A DNA stretch of 64,000 bases from Octopus bimaculoides (lineage: Eukaryota): contig NC_068983.1 of NCBI RefSeq assembly GCF_001194135.2, forward strand, positions 72,861,039-72,925,038, given 5' to 3'. The stretch's first letter is position 1. Every line of letters begins with the position of its first letter. The notes beneath the pieces were generated by a model that saw only the letters and a program-made list of their open reading frames with translations, had not been told where the DNA came from and made no database searches. Made by a program: the position numbers and the translations under genes. Below, in pieces: positions 11,301 to 25,400 of this stretch.

Positions 11301-14300
11301 ATGTTATATTAAAAACACAACTCTGTTCAACTTAATATCTTTATTAAAGTTGTTTCATATTTCCTTATTAGCTCTTTATGTTTGGTTTTTACAGCTGTGT
11401 GTGTGCGTGTGCATATCCTTCATTAATAAGCATTGGAAAACATGTAAACATCAGCAGGAAACCAAAAATCTGGTGCTTTTCAAATGAAGTCCTTTGCAAT
11501 ATTTTTTCTGCAGCAAGTCACAGACACTCCTTTATCACTCTTACTGTCAGAAATGCAATCAACCTGTTGGAACATATCATCAATAACACTATTGTTCACA
11601 AATTGCAATTAAAAAAAATTAAAGTGAATATAGGCGCAGGAGTGGCTGTGTGGTAAGTAGCTTGCTTACCAACCACATGGTTCCGGGTTCAGTCCCACTG
11701 CGTGGCATCTTGGGCAAGTGTCTTCTACTATAGCCTCGGGCCACCCAAAGCCTTGTGAATGGATTTGGTAGACGGAAACTGAAAGAAGCCCGTCATATAT
11801 ATGTGTTTGTGTGTCTGTGTNNNNNNNNNNTGTTTGTCCTCCTAGCATTGCTTGACAACCGATGCTGGTGTGTTTATGTCCCCGTCACTTAGCGGTTCGG
11901 CAAAAGAGACCAATAGAATAAGTACTAGGTTTACAAAGAATAAGTCCTGGGGTCGATTTGCTCGACTAAAAGGTGGTGCTCCAGCATGGCCGCAGCCAAA
12001 AATGACTGAAACAAGTAAGAGTAAAAGAGAGTATAACAGTGTGTGTGTGCTTTAAATAACTGATATGAATCTATTATGATGTAGTCACCTAAAAATCTCT
12101 TGTTAAAGGAATTTATCATCATCGTCATTTAATATCCATGTTCTATATTGGCATGGGTTGGAAGGTTTGACAGAATCCAGTCCATAGACTGAATTATCCT
12201 CCATTGTCCATCTTTAGCATGGTTTCTGTGGTTAGATATCCTTCCTAATGCCAACTACTACACAGTGTGTAGTGGGTGCTTTTCACATGGCACCAGCACT
12301 AGTGAAGTCACTGTGCAATCTACAGTACTGTGAACCCTGAGAGGGATGGCTTTAACTGCAGAGATGAGGGGTTAAAGTATAAAGGAATGTGCCAGAGCAG
12401 AATATGTCTCTTGCCATTAAGGGGTTAAAACATGCTTACTCATGTTTTAGAAGAGAGGGTGAGATGGCCAGAGTGGAGCTAGGAAGAGATAAAAATAGTG
12501 GTGAAGAGGTGTTGGGCTGGATCCTCAAGGTATTGAAGTGAATAAAAGTGAGTGGTAGAGAGAAACTGGGAGTGTGTGTGGGTAAGGGTTACAAGAGGAT
12601 AATGAGAGTATGAGAGATAGGGTGAAAATAATGAATGAAGAACAAGAGTTGAGGGGTGAATGTAGTGGATAATGGATAGCATAGTTCAATGATGCATGGA
12701 GGTGTAGAGCTGAGAATAGTAATAATGATAGTATGAGAGATGGTGTGTGTTTGGGTAGGTTGCCAGAGTGGAGGAGAGAGGCAGGCATAGTGTGTAGGAA
12801 GAGTGAAAGACACATGGTTATAGAGAAAGAGAGATAATTTGGTGTCTCAGTGAAAAGGGCAGTACAAAGATGAGGGATGGATATCAAGTGAAATGTTCTG
12901 GTCAGTGAGAAAGATCACTAGTATCAAGAAAATGTTGCAGTTAGATGATGAGTGGCGGTAGCATCTTCAGGAAATTGGGCAAAGGGCCCAGTTGTGCAAA
13001 GGAAAATGTTTCACTTGGAAATAGTTGGGGGTTGGCATCAGGAAGGACATCCGGCCATAGAAAACCTGCCACACAAATAGAGTTGCATATATGTATCTAC
13101 ATTTTTGTAGGCACAGGCAAAGCCATGTAGATAAGAAGCTTGCTTCCCAATCACATGGTTTCATGTTCAGTCCCACTGTGTGGCACCTTGGACATCTTAT
13201 GCTATAGCTGTAGCTGACCAAAGCCTTGTGAGTGAATTTGGTACGCAGAAGTTGCATTGTGTGTATACATGTGTGTAGAAATGCTTATCTTTCCTTTAAC
13301 AGACTGGAAGGAAACACACAGTGCTTCCAGAACTTAGTTTCACTGATTTGAGCAGGCCTTCTTGAGAACTATATATCCTGATTCCTTGTCATCTCCTCCA
13401 TGAAGTTCAAGGTCCTGAGATCAAACTTTACCACTTTGTCCCATATCCTCCTGTGTCTCCCCCTTCTTCAAAGTCCATCCACTCTAAGTGATTGACACTT
13501 CTTTATACAACTGTCCCCATAAATTATTCTCATCATATCCATACCAGTATAGTCTTCTTTCTCATACACTAGATCTGATTCCTCTTATGCCCAGTTTTTC
13601 TCTCAATGCACTCATACATTGCCATTCATGTACATTGCCTATCCACTGGAACAATAATTCTCTACTGGGGTCCATATGCCTCTTGAGGGTCCATATAAGA
13701 TTTTTCTCATTAAAATTTATTTGCAATAAATTGGTTATACTTCTACACTACACAGAATATTTTAATAATCATTTCTATACAATTCCTAATATAATATTTA
13801 ATTATAAAAATATAATATGATTTTTTAAACATCAAATGGCTAGGAGGATCCATCTAATTAAAATAGAAATCAAGGGGTCCGTAGATGAAAAATGGTTGAG
13901 AAACCCTGCACTGGAACATGCTTGCTTTATTTGTTTTCAGTCTTCTCAAGCCCTCTGCATTCAAAGCCCAAGTCTCATTACCATGCTGCTTTGCAAGTTA
14001 TTTATTTATTTAGCCATTACTTTTTTCTGGCTCTTAAGTTATTTATTGACCAATTCACATTTTCTTATTCATTCATTGATTTTATTGAAGTACTGTTATT
14101 TTATCTTGTTGAAGACTGTTGATAACAAATAGAGCATTTGACTATAAGACCTGAAATTATTCTGACAGTCTTTAAGTAACAAATAACAGAATGTCATATG
14201 AAACATCTAACAAGTTGCACACCTTCCATTTGAGTTGCTCATCCAATTTCTATTCAGTAGGTTATATATTCCCAGCAAAGATTGTTTTGAAAATGTGTTT

Positions 14301-14982
14301 AAATCAGAAGTATTGTACCTAGCTTAAATATTTTATTTCATAAGAAAAATCATAACCCTTATAAAAATAGTCCCAATGTTCCCTTGATATTTGCTGCTCC
14401 TTTGTGAGCTCACAATGCCCTCAAGCATATGATATCACCTAGGTTGAGAACCACTGCCTTATCTGTCACAAATTACAAACTTTGTTAGCAACAAGTTTCA
14501 ACTCTGTTATTATTAACACACTACTAACTTGATCAAACAGAAATTCTGTGGTTGTTGCCAATCATTTATCAATTATTGTTTCTGAGATGTTTTACAAGAT
14601 TCTTGTTGAAAAACCAGATGTTGAAACAGATGTTGTTATAGTTTTACTTCACCTGTGCAAAAAATTGATTGTTCTTTTTTATGGATTGAGTTGTAGATAT
14701 TTTGTGAAACTGTATTTCATGTTTTAATTACATTAAAATTACTTTTATAAGGAATCTATTTGCAACTGTCTAAAGTAGGTTAGCATCTAAGAAATTAAGT
14801 AACTTTGTGTGTATGTGTGTGTGCATGCACACACGGGCATGCATGTATACATCACCCTCTGAAAACCCTTTTGTTGTGAGGAAATATATTCAGTTTACCA
14901 ACACAGTTGTGTTGTGTATATGTGTTAGTGTAATATGTGTGTATGTATGTCTGTATATTTGGGTATGTAGCCATGTGTGTAT

Positions 14983-15040
<58 letters not shown>

Positions 15041-17857
15041 ATGCACACACACAAACTCTGAAACTGGCTGAAATTAATTGTTTGACTTTACAAAATCTAT
15101 TTTAGTTTTGTAAACTGTGTACAATGGAGTTCAAAAAGTGACACTGGAACGTGTTACCTGAGTGTCTCACACAAAGATGGCATTTGTATATGGAAGGTAG
15201 AAGGAGAGGCACCAAACTTGGAGTTGAAGCAAATTCGTAAAATATACATCGAAGCTCTGCCTCAAGGTAAGTTTTATGTCATGTGATATTTTATATAGTC
15301 AGGGATATCAAGAAGCAGACATTGTGTTCAGAGGCATTCCAGCCATGACTATGCCATCTGACAGACAAGACCTTTTATGGTCTATTGTCCTTGTTTTTGT
15401 TTTTTTCTTTATATATGAACTTTCAGGTTAAAGTGTTTGCATAAAATAGTTTGTAACACATTCTGCTATTCTGGAATTATCTAATTCTCAAAAACTTAAC
15501 TTTATTGGCTCTTTGATCTTACTATATTAACTCTTTATCAGGTGAAAATGAAGGTAGTTCGGCAGTAGTGGCCTTTTTACTGAAAGGTTCACCTATGACC
15601 ACTGACTTCCAACTGGGTTAGTTAGTTACACTAGTTTCTTCTTCCTTCCTCTCACTCATAATCTGAGAGGTGGTCCTGCAAAGGTCACGTGCTTTACTCT
15701 TTGTTCAGTTAATATACTGAATGAGTGGGTGTCAAAAAATATCTAATTAACCCTTTTGATACCAACCTACCTGAGACTACCCCTCATTCTGTGATACAAA
15801 CTTCTTGTTTTAAAGTGATTTAAGTTCAAACCTTGCATCAGAATTTCTTCTTAATTTATCTTTCTATCTTTTACTTGTATCAGCCATGCTGGAGCACTGC
15901 CTTTATTCTATCAGTTCTTTTGTCAAACTGCTAAGTTATAGAGACAGAAAAAAAACCAACACTAGTTGTTAAGTTGTAGTGGGTGACAGACGCAAATACA
16001 TTTACACACAGGTATGAAAAACTTTTTTCAGTTTGTCTACCACTTACAAAGTATTGGTCAGCTCAGGACTATAGAAGATACTTGCCCAAGGTGCTGTGCA
16101 GTGGGAATGAAACCCAGAACAACATGGTTGGGCAGTATGCTTCTTAATGACACAGCCATGCCTGCACCTATATAATTTGTATATTTTTTTTTTTAAATAT
16201 CACTAAGGTTTATTACTCAGAGTCACTCTTGAAAAATAATAGTTAAGTTAGTGTTAACATATTTAACATATAATGAACATCAAAAATTTATTTAGAAATA
16301 CTTGCATTTGACAAGAGCCTTAATAAAAATCAAATTGCTTTTACCCAGATAACCTGGTTTCAATTCTCAGTAGAGGAACATTAATACCTTTTTAGGTGCA
16401 GACATGACATTGCGGTTAAGAAGCTCACTTTGCAACCATAAGGTTTTGGGTTCAGTCCCACTGCAAAGCACTTTGAGCATATGTCTTCTACTTTAGCCCC
16501 GGATCAACGAATGCCTTGTGAGTGAATTTGTACAGAAAATGTGCGGAAGTCCCTTTCATGTGTAGACATATATTTGTGTGTGTGTGTGTGTGTGTGTGTG
16601 CCTGTCAGCTCTCACCACTTGACAACTGGTGCTAGTTTATATCCCCATAACTTAGTAGTTTCAGTAGAAAAGACCAATGAAAGAAGTACCAGATTCAAAA
16701 AAAGTATTGGATGTTATATGTTCAACTAAACCCTTTAAAGCAGTACCACACCATAGCCATAATCTAATGACTGAAAGAAGTAAAAGACAAACGATTTGTT
16801 TCCTTCTATTCTGAGGCCTAGTAACATTATGTGTTAATCTTTACTGTTCAACATTTAGACCATAATATTTTATATGAACCAAAAAATGTTAGAAAACATT
16901 TTGGCCAACTATTTAGTCCAACTACCCACACACACGCACATCATGGATGGTTCTACACTTACTAAGTTACAATCACCTTCACAAGATTATATGATGGTAC
17001 AATTTTCTCATGGTTGCTGCAGTAGGACTCTAAAACAGCAATTTTAGAGTGAAGTGTTAGTCAATGATATCGACCTCATTGCTTAATTTTATTAACCTCC
17101 AAAACGATTTGAACTCAGAACATAAAGAGCCTGAGGAAATGCCCTAAGCATCTCATTCGACATGCTAGTGATTCTGCCAGCTTTCCACCTTATAATAATA
17201 ATAAATAACCACTGCTTCTACTATTTAATAAGAGCTTGTTTGGTGAAATAATAACTCCTGGTAGCAACATATTTGTTGTAGGCTGGTTTCATCCTACTTG
17301 TGAGGACAATGGGTTCTTTTTTACTCAGTCATGACAGTACTATCTCTTTCAATAGGGAGAGGAGGAAGAATAAATTAAAAAGTAATATTTATTCTTCCAC
17401 CATCACTCCAGAAATAGGAACAGAAGAGATAACCTGTTATTGTTGCTGTTTAACCCCAGGTCAATTCTGATCTAGCAGCAGGCCTATGATCAAAATTATT
17501 CTAATCATTACCATCCTCTCTGTTTGTTTCAGCCATAGTACACTATGGCTGATTACATTATCTAATGTGTCCCCTTTTTCCTAAGATACTTCAGTGTTGT
17601 CTGAGGGTGATTTGGTTGCTGTTTCTAACAGTTTAAGCAATAGCCTTATTGGCTTGAATCAGCAGTCATAACTAATGACTACTCTAATTTTGTAACAGAC
17701 TTTCTGCAACATTATTGTATGGGTTATCTTAAATTAATTTCTGTTTTACTGTTGTTACATACCTGTATTGGTCAAGTGTCTTCTGCTATAACCCCAAGCC
17801 AACCAAGGCCTTGTGGGTAAATTTGGCTGGCAGAAACTGAAAGAAGCTTGTTGTGTA

Positions 17858-17893
<36 letters not shown>

Positions 17894-19420
17894 NNNNNNN
17901 NNNATATGCATGTGTATGTGTCTTTCTATTTGTCCCCCACCACTGCTTGATGACCAGTGTTGGTTTGTTTATGTCCATGTAACTTAGCAGTTCAGCAAAA
18001 GAGACCAATATATTAAGGACTGGGTTTAAAAATAATAAATACTAGAGTAAATTCATTCAACTAAAGGCTCTTCAAAGCAGTGCCTCAGCATGGCCACACA
18101 AATGATTGAAACAAATAAAAGGTAATTGTTTTAGTTACCCCAATTGTGAGCAGACGCTGACACCCTCTCGGGCCTTCCCACCCTTTAACCCATCAGAATA
18201 TCAAGGGCATGACAACTATGAAGAAAGAGGGCTGCTGCCAGCATGAGGCTGGTACATACTTCTCAGCTGAGTAAACTGAAGCAGTGTGAAAAAATAAAGC
18301 ACCTTCCTCAAGGTTACAATATACTACCTGATCCACAAGACAATTTTTCTTCCACTTTAATGAGTCTGCCATTCCAGTGCCCTAGCTGAATGTACATCTA
18401 TCATCATCATCATTTAACATCCATTTTCCATGCTGGTATGGGTTGGATGGTTTGACAGAGCTGGCAAGGCAGAGGTTTGCACCAAAATCCACTGTCTCTT
18501 TTAGCTTGGTTTTTACAGCTGGATGCCCTTCCTGATCCTAGCCTCAGTCTGTACTTGATCCAGAACTGCAGCTCTTTTAAAGAGACAAGCTTCAGAAAGG
18601 CATATCTCACAAACGACACCCACACCTATTCACCATTATCATTTATGAATGTTTGCGGTTGTTGCCATGATAGAGCGTGCTTGCATACCATTAGACATGG
18701 CTCTCCTATGTTTCAGTCAGTTTCTCATCATTTCCAACTTTGACAGTAATGGTTCAAGGATCAAAACATACAGAAGAGATACAGAAGAAATCCTTGACAG
18801 ACTGGCCATGTGATTATAGGTGGTTATCTACCACTGAATAGCTACCTCTATACATTATAGCAATCACAACTAGTTCTGAAACTATCTGCACTTATGAGAG
18901 CTGTTATGTAGTGATAGTCAACTTTGTCAAAAGCTTATACTGATCAAATTAGCAGAATAGTAAGGTATGATTTGAGGGAGATATGGCTGCTACTTCTAGC
19001 AGGTTGACCAACCGACCACTTTGTGGCTTCCTCATTGATTTCAACAAGTTTATCAACCTTGTAGAGACTCCTTATTAGCTTGTTGTTAACTAAGGGCATA
19101 TGCTAGTAGTAGTGGAGGTGATGTGTGTGTGTGTGTATTTATACCTACACCAGTGCTTTATTGTATATATTATACAAATATATAACAATTATACTGACTC
19201 AATATATGTGTATTCTAGAGCTCACTTCTGCTCTTTTCACTCACCTAACACCGCTAATTGAAGTTAATGACTGCCTATAGATATCACTTTCTTTTTTTCT
19301 CTTTGACTAGTAGCTTCTTTTTCTTATTTTGCGTCTCCATTGTTACTATGATGTTACCAGGAGTTAATAATTCACCAAACAATCTCTTGTTAAACTACTA
19401 TCTAATAATAGAAGTGGTGG

Positions 19421-19452
<32 letters not shown>

Positions 19453-22400
19453 GATAGTGAAGGCAGCAAGCTGGCAGAATTATTAGGACGCTGGGCTAAA
19501 TGCTTAGCAGCATTTCATCCATCTTCACGTTCTGAGTTCAAAAGTACCAGTTGAGCACTGGGGTCAATATAATTGACTTACCCCCCTTCCCTGGAATTGC
19601 TAGCCTCGTGCCAAAATTTGAAATCTTTATTATTACGACGGTGATGAGGAAGAGGATGGCAGCAAGCTAGCAGGATCATTAGTACACCAGACAAATTATT
19701 AAGTGACACTTAGTCCATCTTCACATTCTGAGTTCAAATTCTGCCAAGGTTGATTTTGCTTTTCATCCTTTCAGGGTTAATAAGTTCAGTACAGGTTGAT
19801 GTAATCGACTAACTCCTTTTCCCCAAAATTTCGGGCCTTGTACCAATAGTACAAAGGATTATTATTATAAGGTAGTGAGCTGACAAAATCATTAGTACAT
19901 CAGACAAATTGCTTTGTAGCAGTTCTTTGGGCTTTTTACCTTCTGAGTTCAAATTCCATCAAGGTTGATTTTGCTATTTCATCTTTTTAGAAGTTTATAA
20001 GATGAAATACCAATCAAACACTGGGATCAATCTAATTGACTAGCATCCTCCCCCAAAATTTCAGGCTTTGAGTCACTGTAGTAGAAAGAATGGTTATTAT
20101 TATGACTACTATTTACATTGTTGTTGCTTTGTTTTATATGAGCAGTTTCAAGTCTCACCCAGTGACGTCAAATAACACCGAGCTGGATGTTTTACTATGG
20201 GTGTTATTTATGATTAGTAATGTTGTATTGTAGGGGAAGGAGACCATAATCTGAGAACTAAGATTCTGTTAAATTTGTAATACTAGATCACTACTCATTG
20301 CTACACTGCCAGTTAAAAATATTTGTTAATCATGCACATAACTTCTTAAATTGTTCAAAGTGAAAGTCTTTTTTTTAAAGTCTGTGTTCATGTTGTCTGC
20401 ATGTTAAAAGACATAGAGAAAAAACACACAAACAAGCAAAAAATATAACTATATGTATTATATATATATATATATATACAGATAGTCTTTGTTTTTGAAG
20501 TGTGTTGTGTTGACAGAGTTGTACTTAAAATTTGTTTTTAATCAACATTTGTTAGTTACTAAGGTGACAATACTACTCATTTATCTATCCTTCACACATA
20601 CTCTCTCTCTCTCTCTTTCTCTCTCTCACTCTCTCTCTCTCTCTCTCTACACAGATGTTGTTGCAGGCAGACAGATGCAGATCAACTTCTCTTTTACAAT
20701 ATTAGATTTCAGTTTTGAAAGAGTTTTAAAAGAATCATATATTTTCAGGATGACAATATTTTTCTTAGGATGTGAGCAGTACCCATGAGAACAATCTTTT
20801 GTAGTTTAGATACTTTTGGGTTTCCTTGTGTTTAGCCTTAGTATTTAAGAATGTTATTTGGTATTAACCCCAAAGCTCTGATGATCACAAGTACAGTTGT
20901 TCTTAGATATCATGTTCTTAAGACCTCTATTTTTAAGACTCTTGAATTTACTTTACTTTTCAAATGTTTTACAGAATTATTATTATTATTGCTGTTATTA
21001 CTATTATTACTATAATATTTTACTTCTCAGAGCTCTCGATCTTACTTGCTTTGGTTCATTCTATGAGAGCAGACAGCAACCTGTTGTCAGAGGTCTCACA
21101 GTGTCTCATTCCATAAATTATAAGACTTGGAACTTGGACATGTGGTGAACTAGCAGACTTGTTAGCACACCAGACCCAGTTGCAACTCCTGACAGAAGTG
21201 TCACCTTTTTTTTCCTAATGTGAACTCAGAATATACAGAACCAGAACAGATAGTACTAGGCATCCCATCCAACAATCTGACAATTCTGCCACTCTGGACT
21301 GGTACTTTTTTTTATAGATGGAAAGGCAGAGTTGACATTGACAGGATTTGAACTCGTAGCATGGAGAGTCAGAGCAAATACTACAAGGCATTCTATCCAA
21401 TGCTAATGACTCTGCCAGTTCACCACCTTACATAGCTAAATGCAACAAGGTATAGAGTCTCCCACTCTACCTATTCTCACAATCCACTGTAATAGTAACA
21501 ATAATAATGATGATGAAAGTAATAAAAACAAAACAACGAAATAGATTGTATGTTTGCATGTATGTATACCTGTATATTTGTGTGAGAGCATGTGTGAGAG
21601 AAAGAGAATGCAACCTAGTGTATAATATGTTATATATAGTTATATATTACATCTAGCCATGATTAAGGTATGTGCTCTGTAACTGAAATAGAAAATAGAC
21701 TGACGTGGTTTGTGGGTCGTCATTGACGGAGTGGCTAAAAATTATTTTCAAAGGTTAATCATGCTTGGAAGATAGACATTAATGTATGTAAAAACAAACA
21801 TTTCTGGATTAAGGAAACTGATAATTTGAACCTAGTAATCTTCCATGGTATTATGTAGGTGAGGTATTTGCTGCTGAACTGTCTTTTTAGCTTTTGTTTT
21901 GTTTTATTTTTATCATCCACCCCATCCCACCATTTTGTAATGTGTCAGATACAATTGGTGTGAGTTCTACTTCCAAGTAAGGTACCAATCTGTTGCTGCT
22001 GCTTAACCTTATAAAGAAAACGACATAGTGTTGAATAGTATGGTAGAGTGAGCCATGTGAGCTAAGAGAAAGAATTGAAGGGATAATCAAGGAATAATAT
22101 CAAGTACTTAGAAGAGAAGTTAGGGATCAGGTATAGAATAAAGGGAAATTGAAAGTTAGAAGTTTCTCAGTATTTTGGACTGCAAAATAATGTCAGTGTA
22201 AATCAGGATTTCACTGGTTTAAAAGTATGTAATGACTGCAGTACACTTGCCCTTGCACCAAGAAGAGGCATGGAAATGCTACTACTGGAGGTTGCTGGGT
22301 GAAGAGAATGCATGGGAAACAGAGGGACTACTCCATGTTGACTGAACAAGTTTGTATTAGGAAATTTTTAATGCCTTCTTAATGAGGCAACTACAGAAGT

Positions 22401-25400
22401 TCTTAGCTAAGAGCAAGACAGATATTCTGGTCTTATCCTTCCACCACTCAGGTCCTTCCAACCTACTCACCTCTCCACCTTTCATCACCCTTGTTGTATC
22501 TGGCCCTCCAGTCCTTCCTCCCCACAACATCAACCTGCTGGAATCTTTTCCTGCTCATGTCTTCTCTAAAAGTATTGACCTACAACAATTTGAACTGAAC
22601 ACTGACGGCATCAAATTCATTGGTCTCAGCGGGCCTACAAAGGTCATGGCTGCTGCTCTTTCATGCAGACTCAATAAATTGAAAAATCAAAACATCACTG
22701 ACCTGAAGATGGTTTTGACACGGTTTCAACTCTGTAGTTTGATGTAGATGAGTGACTTGTAAGAGTTAACAATGGGTTCAGTAAGGAATCAAGCTGCAAA
22801 AGGGCCTTCAGCTTTCAGTTTTGAGATCTCTACTGTTTACAATAATCTTCCAAACCATGCATGACAGAGGAATTCAAAATTCACTCTCTATGGAAACTTA
22901 TATGCTGACAACCATTTTTCTCGTTACTAAATTAGTCAGGGAATTAGAGGGAATGTAGGGAATGTTCCAAACATGGGAGCAGAGCCTAAAATTAGGAGGT
23001 CTAAAAGTGAATTTATTGAAGATGAAAGAGTTAGTTATCAAGAGAAAATACAAAAATTTTGCCATCTAGGAAATAGTTTTGTGCAACATGCAGAAAATAT
23101 TTTGGTAGAAATTCTAAACAATGTACCTGATGTAAACTGTGAGTGCCCAAGAGATGCAGTGAGGACACAGACTGGATAACAGAAAAGAGGGTCATCATAT
23201 GTAGCAGATGCTTTCAAATGCTCAGAAGGTTGCCTGGAAGTAGTTGACAGCCTCTATTACTTAAGTATTCTAATTGACCAGTGAAGGTGGTGGTTATGAA
23301 AGTGTAGTAACCAGAGTTGGTGTGGTTGTTGGTGTTGTGGGTCTTGTTGGCATCGTTGGTGCTGGGTAAGATGCATGAGCTATTACCTCAGTATAATGGA
23401 TTGATTGCGCTCTTCCTAAAAATGTTCTGTCAAAAATTACTGCTTGTTTGAGCTTTAAAAAGTAACTTGGTACACGTTAAGGTACACTTATACATACACA
23501 CATGTGCATGTGAAGCATGAGGCAACTTGTCATTTCTGTAGCAATAATGAATACTTAAGACAAAGTTGCCTGCCATGTGTGCTTCAATCTACCTTTCTCA
23601 GTACAGGCCTGGGACAGGCTGTACTGAATGCCAACCCCAACTATAACTTTGGATAGGAGCCTGAAACTTGCATAAGGCAGGGTCATCACACTCTGTAGTA
23701 ATGACTGAAATCTCTATCTGCTAGTTAAAATACTAGACTTAAATTTTACACCAAAGCATTTAGCTCTTTTTTTATTCTAGTCAGTTTCAGTGATTGTAAA
23801 TAGCTTCCATGCCCTACTTCATGGTTGACTGTCTTCTACCATAACTTCAAATCAACCCAAGCTTTGTGAGTGAAATAGGGTAGACAGAAACTATATGAAA
23901 ACTCAACAGATGGACTTAGTAGACTTAATCAGTTTCCAAGTTTAACACCACAGTCTGGCCTTTCTGATGCCTCTTGCATAGCCTACCCTTTTGCAAGCAT
24001 CCAAACTAGATCTCCAGTCTGAGGATAACTCAATATCCTGATGTAATCCTTCATATAACAGTAAACTATGAGTTATAGTTCATTTCTTCTTTTTCTCCAC
24101 CAACCTCAGAAACCCCACATAGATTATGGATGCTGCCCTTCCTCCAGAGGATCTAATACTGATAAATAGGTGCATTGAATGAACGTAGAATAAAGTGTGT
24201 CATCTTCTACTTTTATTCAGAAAAAGCCTTTACTGCAACTCAGAAAGTTTCTGTACTTTCATGGGTGTTGTCGACCTAAGCCATGGATATATAGCTGTAT
24301 ATTTTTATATTTTATTTCTAAAATATTATGCACAATTTTTGTTAAACATATCTAACTACCAAAAAGTAGGTGAATTGTTTTGCTCTAGCTGCTTTTTCCT
24401 GTAATTACTTGGACATCTTATCTGGTGGCTCATTGTACATTATGAAGCTTAAAAATTCAAACAACAATAGTCTATAAAATTTTGACTTCTCTTTCTAAAG
24501 AAAGTTATTTGGATATTGTATATACTGTCTACCTCTTTTTAACATGTATAGTTTACACACAAAGAGAAAAAAGAAAATTAGTTCCACAAAAATTCAAAAT
24601 GCAATAGAAATACCTAGCAACACAATTCTTTCAGACATTGTTGGTTCTAATTATTCATAGCATAAAATGCATTCAAATACTACAAGGGGTGCTGAAAAGT
24701 TCCTGGCTTTAACACAGTATCAAAAATGGCCTGGTTGAAGGCCCACCCTTTTAAGTTCTTTTACAGGGCTTAGGAAACTTGAAGGACCGCTGCAAGGAAT
24801 TTTTCAGCACACACACACATCCCGTAATCACTTATGTAAAGAGAAATTTCCTTTTCGTTTGTTAACATTCTGGTTAATATTGGTTCAAATATTTTTTCTG
24901 ATTATGTAACAGAATTGGAGAATGATACTATTTGTTTCTGAAACAATATAATGTTCCCAATAGTTGCTATTGTTTCTAATCTTACTGTCATTGTTGTACT
25001 GGATATTTTCCTTAGAGCTTCACCTGCAAATAGACCTGGTATGACTGGTTTTCTTTCCATATGTACATTGAAAGCTTCCTCAACAAAATACTTTATTTCC
25101 TGGTCCCCTGAGAAACATTTATCATGGAGACGCAATGGCTGTGAAATACCAACCCAGGTTCACTTTAAAACAGGATGTTTGCATTATAAACCATGAGCCG
25201 GAAACTGCCCCTGGTTCTATGATACAAACTTGTTGTTTTAAAGTGATCTAAGTTAAAACCTTTCCCTTCAAAGTCTGATGTTACTTTGTATTCTAAAAAC
25301 CAGCTGAATAATGACACATTTTACAAATTTCTTCACTATTTTCAAAATTGACTGAAACAAAGGCAGTGTATTTCAACAGAAAATTGGTAGAAAGGATTAA

